Assembly: GCA_903919075.1 (NCBI GenBank)
Contig: CAIXGR010000073.1
Coordinates: forward strand, 11,661 to 75,660
DNA from: an uncultured Bacteroidota bacterium
GTDB taxonomy: Bacteria > Bacteroidota > Bacteroidia > Chitinophagales > LD1
Direction of reading: 5' to 3'
Length of the DNA stretch: 64,000 nucleotides
Positions 9,555 through 17,710 of the stretch are shown one piece after another. The translations under genes and the position numbers were made by a program. Every line of letters begins with the position of its first letter. Position 1 is the first letter of the stretch. The notes below the pieces were generated by a model that saw nothing but the letters and a program-made list of their open reading frames with translations, was not told the DNA's origin and did not search any database.

Positions 9555-10850
9555 TCATTTCTGCACGGCTATTTTGCTCAGTAATGTTATGTTTTGAATA
9601 TTGCTATAGTCATATTGGTATAGCCCATCGCTGCCGGTCATTACCAAATGTTTGTTATAGGGTATTACATCAAAGGCATTGATGTTGCTGAAATGCGCCA
9701 CCATGTTGTTTTTAATTTGTGTTACATCGGTGGTGTTGTAAACTTTCAACCCGTCTTTACTATCGCATATAAACAGCGTTTTTGAGTCAATGCCTAAGCC
9801 TTTTGGGTTTAACATGGCCATGGTTGTTTTTAATTGCGGGTGTGCCATATCAGTTATATCAACTACGTCCAATTCATTTACGCCCATGTGGCAGGGGTAG
9901 TCATCATTCAATGTAAAGTATGCATAGTTATCGTCTACTACTACCGGGTCGCAGGCGGCAATGTGGTTGTAGGTGCTTATGTACGATGGGTTTAATGCAT
10001 TACTGATATCGTAAATATAAAAGCCGGAGCTTGAACCAATGAAAAGGTGATTTTTATAGGGGAAGATGGTTTCAATACTCCAACCCAAATATTTGCTTGT
10101 AACCTGCTGTGGGTTATTGGTGTTTGATACATCGTAAATATGAAGGCTGCTATTGTCGACTATATAAAGGGCATTGTTTGCAATGGTAAAGCGAGCGGTT
10201 GAGCCACCCACACCCGGAGCGCCCTGAGTTGCACCGGTTGGCACGCCACTTTGGTTTTGTGTGCCAGCCCCAGCGGTGTATGTAAATACATCGCCCTCTA
10301 AATAGTTGGGCATTCTCGCATTGCAATCGCCAATTGCTTTTTCGGTTACTGGCTTTACCTGCCAATCGCTAACCACTCCTTTTGTTGAATCGGCGTAGCC
10401 ATTGTTGTTATAGTAAACATAAGGCAAAGCATTTTCTATACGCTTTACTAAAGTGATATTGGCGAAATTGGAAATGTCGAACACCAACAAATCGATATAA
10501 CTATCAGCATATAAGGTGTTACCGGTAGCCGAGAGGTCAACATTTCCGGGAATACTAATAAATACCATGTTATTGGGTGAAGAGGGGTTGGTATTATCGA
10601 TAACGTGAATGCCGGTGTTTAGCTCATTTACTAAAATGTAGTTTCCGATAAGGTAAATTTTACCCGGGTTTTTTAAAGGTTGTGCCGGGCCGATTTTTAC
10701 CGAACTGCGCAATTGAGCATAGCTCATATACACCGGCACATAGGTGTTGTACGTTACGGTTTGATCGCACTTATCTTTTTTACATGATGATATTCCAAGA
10801 ACTATAAAAGCGATAAGCGGTATGAAGGATTTTTGAATAGAGTTTATCAT
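9555..10850 (-). CDS. LVIVD-repeat (beta-propeller) lipoprotein
   Basis: 431 aa with a lipoprotein-type signal (LGISSCKK). Repeated motifs: LLVFDISN, LYIVDNSSLHIYDVSN, GFYIYDISN, ELDVVDITD, DGLKVYNTTD. Confidence 0.75.
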   Translation of the reverse strand: MINSIQKSFIPLIAFIVLGISSCKKDKCDQTVTYNTYVPVYMSYAQLRSSVKIGPAQPLKNPGKIYLIGNYILVNELNTGIHVIDNTNPSSPNNMVFISIPGNVDLSATGNTLYADSYIDLLVFDISNFANITLVKRIENALPYVYYNNNGYADSTKGVVSDWQVKPVTEKAIGDCNARMPNYLEGDVFTYTAGAGTQNQSGVPTGATQGAPGVGGSTARFTIANNALYIVDNSSLHIYDVSNTNNPQQVTSKYLGWSIETIFPYKNHLFIGSSSGFYIYDISNALNPSYISTYNHIAACDPVVVDDNYAYFTLNDDYPCHMGVNELDVVDITDMAHPQLKTTMAMLNPKGLGIDSKTLFICDSKDGLKVYNTTDVTQIKNNMVAHFSNINAFDVIPYNKHLVMTGSDGLYQYDYSNIQNITLLSKIAVQK

Positions 10851-10870
10851 CGTTTTTGTTTTTTAGTGTT

Positions 10871-10934
10871 GGCCCTGAGGCAACGGTTTACCGAAATGAA
10901 ACGTTTTGATTGTGTAAACCGTTGCCTCAGGGCC
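10871..10934. repeat. Perfect 21-bp inverted repeat (22-nt spacer) in a divergent intergenic region
   Basis: GGCCCTGAGGCAACGGTTTAC (10871-10891) and its exact reverse complement GTAAACCGTTGCCTCAGGGCC (10914-10934). It lies between the start codons at 10850 (-) and 10963 (+). Confidence 0.9.
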
Positions 10935-10962
10935 CCCTATTTTTTCATTTAATCTTATATCT

Positions 10963-11754
10963 ATGTTAAAATCAAGCCTCTTTATTTTCTGCTCTGTGGT
11001 TCTCCTCTGTGTATTGCACGCCCAAAAAAACAGCCAGGATGTGATTTATCTGAAAAGCACGAGCGTAATACGGGGAAGAATTATACAGCCCGCCACCGAC
11101 AGCCTGGTTAAAATTGAACTGGCAGGAGGCAGCATATTTGTATTTAGTAAACAGGATATTGATAGTATTAAAAAAGAAAACCGGTATAAAAATAAATTGA
11201 AAGGCCTTGAGCAGCCGTACTTCAGAAAAGAAAGCGGTTACCGTAATATTACAGAGGCTTCGCTTTTGTATGGGGCAAAGTCTGTAAATAATTCTGGCTA
11301 TTACTATAGCAATAATCGCGATGATGTAGGCATATCGCTACACACCGTTAATGGATATCAATTCGATTACTATATTTTTATGGGCGCCGGTGTTGGCGTT
11401 GACAGGTTTATTACCTATCAGCAAACGTTTTCGCCTTTATACTTAAGGTTGGCGAGCGAGTTTTTGCAAAAAAAAGTAACACCGTATATATATGCTGATG
11501 TGGGTTATTCATTAATGTGGAAAGAACATAGTGGTGATGGTATTACTTACACCAAAAGCCAGGGTGGCTTATATATTAACGCCGGAGGCGGAATTAGAAT
11601 ATATACCCTTAGCAGGGCTTCGGTTCTTGTAAGCGCAGGGTATAAATACAACAACAGCGAAACGGATTGGAAATACACTGGCAATGACTACTATTTTTAT
11701 ACTATAAAAAGAACATACCACCGCTTGGTAATAAATTTAGGAGTTACTTTTTAG
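10963..11754 (+). CDS. Secreted hypothetical protein, probable outer-membrane beta-barrel
   Basis: 263 aa with signal peptide (VLLCVLHAQ). The C-terminal half is Gly/Tyr-rich with alternating strands, ending ...INLGVTF. Confidence 0.6.
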   Translation: MLKSSLFIFCSVVLLCVLHAQKNSQDVIYLKSTSVIRGRIIQPATDSLVKIELAGGSIFVFSKQDIDSIKKENRYKNKLKGLEQPYFRKESGYRNITEASLLYGAKSVNNSGYYYSNNRDDVGISLHTVNGYQFDYYIFMGAGVGVDRFITYQQTFSPLYLRLASEFLQKKVTPYIYADVGYSLMWKEHSGDGITYTKSQGGLYINAGGGIRIYTLSRASVLVSAGYKYNNSETDWKYTGNDYYFYTIKRTYHRLVINLGVTF

Positions 11755-11853
11755 GTACAGGTAATACTGGCCGCTCGTTCATTTTTAAAAGCAGGCCAAT
11801 AAAAAAATAATATAATCATCCTGCCTTTATTATCTTTCGCCAAAATTTTTCGG

Positions 11854-12477
11854 ATGCTTATAATAGGTATTACAGGTGGTTCGGGTTCGGGTAAAACAAC
11901 TGTTGTTTCGGAAATATTAAAGCACTTTCCGCAAAACCAGGTATCGGTGGTGCATATGGATTGCTATTATAAGGATGGTAGTGATTTGTCGAAGGAAGAA
12001 AGACTTAAAACTAACTTTGATCACCCCGATGCAGTTGAATTTGATTTATTGGTAAAGGATATGCTTACCCTTAAAAGCGGGCAAGCCATTGAAGAGCCCA
12101 CATATGATTTTATAACCAGCACCAGAAAAAAAGAAACCATACATATAGCGCCTACTCAGGTAATTATTGTGGAAGGAATATTGTTGTTTACCGATAAGCG
12201 CATACGCGATTTATGCACCGTTAAAGTATTTGTAGACGCCGATCCCGATGACCGGCTTAGAAGAATTATACAGCGCGACATACATGAACGCGGACGAAAT
12301 GTGCAAACGGTATTAGACCGCTATGAATTAGTAAAAAACATGCACCTGCAATTTATTGAGCCCACTAAACGCTTTGCCGATTTAATTATTCCACAAGGCG
12401 GAGAGAACCGGGTAGCCATTGATATGATGGTGGCTATTATTAAAATGAAATTGCAGCAGGAAGTGGTGAACGGGTGA
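11854..12477 (+). CDS. udk: Uridine kinase
   Basis: 207 aa. P-loop IIGITGGSGSGKTT, with NFDHPDA and FIEPTK motifs typical of Udk. Confidence 0.92.
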   Translation: MLIIGITGGSGSGKTTVVSEILKHFPQNQVSVVHMDCYYKDGSDLSKEERLKTNFDHPDAVEFDLLVKDMLTLKSGQAIEEPTYDFITSTRKKETIHIAPTQVIIVEGILLFTDKRIRDLCTVKVFVDADPDDRLRRIIQRDIHERGRNVQTVLDRYELVKNMHLQFIEPTKRFADLIIPQGGENRVAIDMMVAIIKMKLQQEVVNG

Positions 12478-12500
12478 TGAAATATTTATTTAGACAGCAC

Positions 12501-13643
12501 CTAGCTGTTATAGTTGCTTCTTACTTTATTATAATAGGCCTCATAAAGCGGTAAAATATTTTTAATGTCGAAAATTTTGGCGTGTGTGTAAGCATTCTTT
12601 TTAAATTCTTTCAGGCGTGTTTCGTCCTCTAAAATATAAATAGCGTTTTTCGCCATATCCTTATAGTCGCCTACGTTGCTTAAAAAACCTGTTTTACCTT
12701 GTATGTTTATTTCAGGCAGGCCACCGGCGTTAGATGAAATAACCGGCACTTCAACTGCCATGGCTTCTAATGCTGCCAATCCAAAACTTTCTGTTTCGGA
12801 TGGAAGAATAAATAAATCAGATACCGCCAGTAAGTCTTCAACTGCATCTTGCTTGCCTAAAAACCTTACCTGGTCGCAATTGCCCAGGCTACGACAAAGC
12901 ATTTCTATGTTCATCCGCTCTGGCCCATCGCCCACTAAAAAAAGTTTGCTTGGAATTTTTTTAACCACCAGGTCAAACATGCGTAACACATCCTCAACTC
13001 GTTTTACTTTTCTGAAGTTAGATACGTGAATCAGAATTTTTTCGCCATTAGGTGCAATGGCTTTTTTGAAATGGTCTTTATCGGTTTTTTTAAATCTTGC
13101 GAAATCAATGAAGTTGGGAATTACCTCAATTTCCTTATTAATATTAAAATATTTATAGGTGTCTTCGCGCAAATTATTTGACACAGAAGTAATACCGTTG
13201 GAGTGATTAATAGAATATTCTACCACCGGTTTGTAGCCGGGGTCTTTTCCTACCAGCGTAATATCTGTACCGTGTAACGTGGTAACAAATGGAAGATTAT
13301 AACCCGATTCGCGAAGAATGTTTTGCGCCATTAAAGCCGATGAAGCGTGCGGAATAGCGTAGTGAACATGTAGTATATCCAGCTTTTCAAACTTTGCTAC
13401 ATCAACAATTTTGCTTGCTAAGGCACTTTCGTAAGGTTGGTATTGAAATAAGGGATAGTCGAGTGCGGAAACTTCGTGATAAAAAATATTTTCATTAAAC
13501 GAATCAAGTCGCACCGGTTCCTGATAAGTAATAAAATGTACCTGATGGCCATTTTTTGCCAAGGCCTTTCCTAGTTCGGTGGCTATAACACCGCTACCGC
13601 CATAAGTAGGGTAACACACTATTCCTATTTTCATAAACTTCAA
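12501..13643 (-). CDS. bshA: N-acetyl-alpha-D-glucosaminyl L-malate synthase BshA (GT4 glycosyltransferase, bacillithiol pathway)
   Basis: 380 aa. The N-terminus MKIGIVCYPTYGGSGVIATELGKALAKNGHQVHFI and LPSETESFGLAALEAMA are highly characteristic of BshA. The likely start is the second or third Met. Confidence 0.8.
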   Translation of the reverse strand: MKFMKIGIVCYPTYGGSGVIATELGKALAKNGHQVHFITYQEPVRLDSFNENIFYHEVSALDYPLFQYQPYESALASKIVDVAKFEKLDILHVHYAIPHASSALMAQNILRESGYNLPFVTTLHGTDITLVGKDPGYKPVVEYSINHSNGITSVSNNLREDTYKYFNINKEIEVIPNFIDFARFKKTDKDHFKKAIAPNGEKILIHVSNFRKVKRVEDVLRMFDLVVKKIPSKLFLVGDGPERMNIEMLCRSLGNCDQVRFLGKQDAVEDLLAVSDLFILPSETESFGLAALEAMAVEVPVISSNAGGLPEINIQGKTGFLSNVGDYKDMAKNAIYILEDETRLKEFKKNAYTHAKIFDIKNILPLYEAYYNKVRSNYNS

Positions 13644-13715
13644 ATTTTGTAGTAAGACGTGGTGAAGGTAAAGAGATTGTATTAATGTTTCGAGTTCGGC
13701 TTTTTGGGGGCTGTT

Positions 13716-16694
13716 TTATTTTTGTAGCGCCTTATAAACCACTTCTTGCAAATCGGTCCTGATGTTCATTTTTACCAAGCGGTTGTTCTCGGCATTAGGA
13801 TAAACCCGATTGGAGAGGAAAATATAGGTAAGATGGTTTTCGGGGTCGCTCCATACACTGGTACCGGTAAAGCCGGTGTGCCCAAAAGTTGAAAGCGACA
13901 CGCCATCATAACATGGCGAGGCTTTGTTTACATCGGGCTCGGGCTTATCAAACCCATAGCCCCGGCGCGATATTTTAGATTGGCGCGAAGTAAATAACTG
14001 AATAGTTGCAGTATCTAAAAATCTTTTGCCGTTATAAGTGCCATCGTTTAATAACATTTGAAAAAGCGCTGCTAAATCGAAAGCATTGCTAAATGCACCG
14101 GCGTGGCCAGCAACACCGCCAAACATGGCTGCGCCCGGATCGTGGACATATCCGCGAATTACCTGGTGGCGGAAAACAGTATCGTATTCGGTAGGTATTA
14201 TCCAGTCGGGCTTATACCGTTTTAGTGGTTTAAATCCGATGCGGGTTAATCCCATGGGTCGGTAAAAATTTTCGCTTACGTAATCGTCTAATTTTTTGCC
14301 TGAAACCTTCTCCACTATTTTTTGCATAATGTAAAAGTCGTTATCGCTATAAACATACTGCGGGTGTGGATTTATTTCGCCCCGGCTTATAATGTTCCAC
14401 ATCGTATCGGGATAATCTTTACGTATAAACATGCTATCGGCCACCGGTACATTAAAAAGAGAGTCACGTGTTTTGCGATAATAGTTGTCAAAGCCATCGC
14501 CGGTAGTTGCTTTGTAAAACATAAAGAAGGCTTTTAATCCGGCTTGATGCGTAAGCACGTCTTTTAACTTTAAACTTTTAATAGTAGAATTATTGGGCAG
14601 GTCGAGGTAATGGCCCACGGTTTTTTCTAAATCAAATTTCTTTTGCTCGTATAGTTTCATTACGGCAAGCGTTGTGGCTGCAACTTTTGTAATAGAAGCA
14701 AGGTCGTACAATTCGCCGGGCTTTACTTTTTCGTTGCTTTCGTACACCGGTGTGCCGTAACATTTGTTCCATATTACTTTGCCATCTTTGGCAACTAATA
14801 ACTGGCAGCCGGGGTAAGCCTTTGCATCAATTCCTCTTTGCGCAATATCATCCATACTTTTCAGGCGGGCAGTTTGTATGCCCACCTCTTCGGGCGATGA
14901 TAATTTAAGGCGGTAAATACTGTCGGATATAAATCCGGTCTCCACCGGAAAAGTTTTGGACACAGATACCGGTAAACGCCCCGAAATTTTTTCGGCACCG
15001 AATAATGCATTTGCTGCAGCAAGATTAGCTGCGTCATCATCTTCATACGCTTCCATTACCCAAGGCATGAAGTCGAAAAAGCGCAGGCTGTAAGGATTGC
15101 CAAATACAACCAATACCACTTTTGTTCTACCCGAAAGTTCTTCAATAAATTTTCGTTCGGTTTCAGTAATGCTATAATCTTTTGAGGCCAGTCTGCTCAT
15201 GCCGTGTATGTCAATAATCACTAAATCGGAAGTGGCGAGGTTTCCAAAAAGCTCATAATATGGATTTTCCGAAGACTCGTGGCCCCGGTAGTAAAAATCC
15301 ATATCGGCAAAATTGTCGATGTATTGCTGAAAAGCCGAAGGGCCTTTAGAGCCGATAGAAAGAGAAGATACTTTTTTATAGTTCCATTCGTGCAGTGGCA
15401 GCTTATTGTCGGTGTTAGCCGCTATGGTAATTGCCTGCTCGTATAGTTTTTGCTTTAGCAATTTGGCGTTGGCATTGTTTAGATCTGCCGATAAATTTTC
15501 TAATGCAACATGCTGCGGTTTATTTAAGCCCAACTTATATTTATATGCCAGCACTTTTTTAACTCGTGCTTCAAAGTCTTTCATTGGAATAACTCCGCTG
15601 TCGATAGCCGCCTGAATTTTCTCAATTCCCTTACCGGAGTTTTCGCTAAAAACAAGAATATCGTTACCGGCCATAAAAGCCATTGAATCAACGGTGCCGG
15701 GTTTGTAGGCTGCGCTTACACCACGCATGTTTAGTGCATCGGAAAAAACGAGGCCGTTGAACCCCAGGCTGTCTTTTAATAAACCGGTAGCTATTTTATG
15801 GGACAGAGAAGCAACGGAACCGGTGTCAGGGTCTAAAGCTGGAACGTTGAGGTGGGCCACCATTACACTTCCTATGCCGTTATTAAACATAATTTTAAAG
15901 GGGTATAATTCAAGGCTATCCATGGCAGCGGCGCTTTGCATTACGACTGGCAATTCTTTATGCGAATCTTTATCGGTATTGCCATGGCCTGGGAAATGTT
16001 TGGCGCAGGCAAGTATGCCTTCGTCTTGTAATCCCTGCATATAGTTTATGCCTTTCAACGCAACTTTAAATTTATCTTCTCCAAAGCTTCTTTCGTTTAT
16101 AATCGGATTGTTAGGATTGCTGTTTACATCTACCACCGGTGCAAAATCAATATGAATGCCGATGCGTTTACACTCGCGGCCTATTTCGCGACCCATTTCG
16201 TAAATCAATTTATTGTTGGCAATTGCGCCGAGGGTCATTTGTTTAGGAAATGCAATTGTTGAATCTAAGCGCATCGCCAGCCCCCATTCCCCATCAATAG
16301 CAATCATGCTTTGCACTTTCGATGAGTCCTGTATTTTATTGGTCCAGCGGGCTTGTGCTTCGGGTGCGCCTTTAAAAAATATTACTCCCCCAGCCTTACC
16401 TTGTTTCATCCATTCCAATACCGAATCCATGTTGAAATCTTTGCCTTGAGTATAAGCGGGTAGCATAAAAAATTGCCCGATACGCTGTTGCTCTGAAAGA
16501 GAATTATAAACCGAGTCGACCCACTTTACACAGCCGGCATCTTTTTTCCAATTTAGGAAGTCAGGATTTTGGGAGAAAGACGCGAGATGGGAGATGAGAA
16601 AAATGCACAGGAGCTTAGTCGACTTGCTAAATAAGCCCGAAAATAAATTTTGAATTTTGAATGTGAAGCGCACTGCGCGAAAAAACAAAAACAT
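13716..16694 (-). CDS. Fusion protein: glycoside hydrolase family 3 (NagZ-like beta-N-acetylhexosaminidase) + serine hydrolase of the beta-lactamase/PBP4* fold
   Basis: 992 aa with an N-terminal signal-like segment. GH3 motifs: KHFPGHGNTDKDSH, GLVFSDAL. The C-terminal third carries SITK (LASITKVAAT), the SxxK motif of class C beta-lactamase-fold enzymes. Confidence 0.85.
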   Translation of the reverse strand: MFLFFRAVRFTFKIQNLFSGLFSKSTKLLCIFLISHLASFSQNPDFLNWKKDAGCVKWVDSVYNSLSEQQRIGQFFMLPAYTQGKDFNMDSVLEWMKQGKAGGVIFFKGAPEAQARWTNKIQDSSKVQSMIAIDGEWGLAMRLDSTIAFPKQMTLGAIANNKLIYEMGREIGRECKRIGIHIDFAPVVDVNSNPNNPIINERSFGEDKFKVALKGINYMQGLQDEGILACAKHFPGHGNTDKDSHKELPVVMQSAAAMDSLELYPFKIMFNNGIGSVMVAHLNVPALDPDTGSVASLSHKIATGLLKDSLGFNGLVFSDALNMRGVSAAYKPGTVDSMAFMAGNDILVFSENSGKGIEKIQAAIDSGVIPMKDFEARVKKVLAYKYKLGLNKPQHVALENLSADLNNANAKLLKQKLYEQAITIAANTDNKLPLHEWNYKKVSSLSIGSKGPSAFQQYIDNFADMDFYYRGHESSENPYYELFGNLATSDLVIIDIHGMSRLASKDYSITETERKFIEELSGRTKVVLVVFGNPYSLRFFDFMPWVMEAYEDDDAANLAAANALFGAEKISGRLPVSVSKTFPVETGFISDSIYRLKLSSPEEVGIQTARLKSMDDIAQRGIDAKAYPGCQLLVAKDGKVIWNKCYGTPVYESNEKVKPGELYDLASITKVAATTLAVMKLYEQKKFDLEKTVGHYLDLPNNSTIKSLKLKDVLTHQAGLKAFFMFYKATTGDGFDNYYRKTRDSLFNVPVADSMFIRKDYPDTMWNIISRGEINPHPQYVYSDNDFYIMQKIVEKVSGKKLDDYVSENFYRPMGLTRIGFKPLKRYKPDWIIPTEYDTVFRHQVIRGYVHDPGAAMFGGVAGHAGAFSNAFDLAALFQMLLNDGTYNGKRFLDTATIQLFTSRQSKISRRGYGFDKPEPDVNKASPCYDGVSLSTFGHTGFTGTSVWSDPENHLTYIFLSNRVYPNAENNRLVKMNIRTDLQEVVYKALQK

Positions 16695-16907
16695 TTATCA
16701 ATAGTTGGTTTGTTTTATGAAGAAATCCACCCTTTGTTTTAGATTGTTCTTAAAAGCAGAAGGCCATAATAAAATGGGCAGAAACGAGTTGCTTTTTCAT
16801 TAATTGCTTTCGGTTCGGCTTTATGTAGTTTATACGTTATTTTCGTCTGGTTATTTTAATATTTCTTTTTCTTTTAACTTAATAACTGTTCTGCTATTTT
16901 TACAACC

Positions 16908-17462
16908 ATGAATAAGATTATCATCTTCCTTTCAATAGTTGCAATATTGTTGGTGGGCTCGTGTAAAAAAGATGCCGGCCCGGCTACCAACTATGTTCAG
17001 GTTGAACAAAATGGCCGTATGACTTATTATTCGGTTAATCGCGCTTCGTGGTACGTAACGGATACAGGGGCTTTACGCGGAAAGCATTACTCTTTAACAG
17101 CTTTTCAGGCTTTTACCGATTCGTTGAACTACGTAACCATTGATTTTCGCGATAATACTACTCCAAATAATAACTTTTGCCCAACGGTAAATGTGTTTAG
17201 CGACCTTAATGCTCCTTCATCGGGTTGTTCAGATAGTGCTTCTAATTGTAGTGGATTTTTGGTAGGATATTTTTCAACGGCCTCTGGCCAATTTAATACT
17301 ACTGCCGATTCAACTTCTCCAAAAGCGCAGTTAACCTTATTTTCTTGCCAGAAGGGATTTAGGCAGCTTTCAGGTAATTTTCAATGCCGTGTAGTGCAGG
17401 GAAGTAAAGTAATTGCCTTAACCAACGGGCAATTTAACGACGTGGTTTTTACTGATCAATAG
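16908..17462 (+). CDS. Hypothetical lipoprotein
   Basis: 184 aa with a lipobox LLVGSCKKD. No recognisable family. Confidence 0.55.
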   Translation: MNKIIIFLSIVAILLVGSCKKDAGPATNYVQVEQNGRMTYYSVNRASWYVTDTGALRGKHYSLTAFQAFTDSLNYVTIDFRDNTTPNNNFCPTVNVFSDLNAPSSGCSDSASNCSGFLVGYFSTASGQFNTTADSTSPKAQLTLFSCQKGFRQLSGNFQCRVVQGSKVIALTNGQFNDVVFTDQ

Positions 17463-17479
17463 CCTCAAAAAAAGTTTTC

Positions 17480-17487
17480 TATATTTG
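17480..17487 (+). promoter_or_regulatory. Candidate Bacteroidetes -7 promoter box (TATATTTG) for the metH leader
   Basis: Exact match to TAnnTTTG about 20 nt upstream of the riboswitch P1 stem. No clean -33 TTTG was seen. Confidence 0.4.
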
Positions 17488-17504
17488 CCGCCGGTTCTTT
17501 GATG

Positions 17505-17625
17505 TAATGCTTATCAAGAAAGACGGAGGGGCAGGCCCTGTGAAGTCTTGACAACCCTGGTTTGGATGGCAATAAAATGCTGGCGAATACAGAAGGTGCC
17601 AATTCCTGTTTAGATAAGATGAAAA
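17505..17625 (+). promoter_or_regulatory. SAM-I (S-box) riboswitch aptamer in the metH 5' leader
   Basis: GCTTATCAAGAAAGACGGAGGGGCAGGCCCTGTGAAGTCTTGACAACC...AGAAGGTGCCAATTCCTGTTTAGATAAGATG. P1 is CTTATC/GATAAG. The conserved ATCAAGA, GGAGGG...GGCCC, (G/A)CAACC and AAGGTGCCAATTCC blocks appear in the canonical order. Confidence 0.85.
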
Positions 17626-17710
17626 ACCATTCTTCTCGCTCTGAACAATTTCCTATCCGCTTTTTTAGATGCATTCACATCAATAAATATTGATTGAAAC
17701 AGCTGTTTAA

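Noticed and set aside
17465-17674. A 69-aa minus-strand ORF in the lipoprotein-metH spacer.
   Set aside because: It overlaps the SAM-I riboswitch aptamer on the opposite strand. The sequence conservation pattern is explained by the RNA element, not by coding.
17463-17710. An expected cobalamin riboswitch, because the downstream gene is the B12-dependent methionine synthase.
   Set aside because: I could not find a B12-box-like element. The conserved blocks present are those of SAM-I. B12 riboswitches normally repress metE or B12 transport and biosynthesis genes rather than metH.
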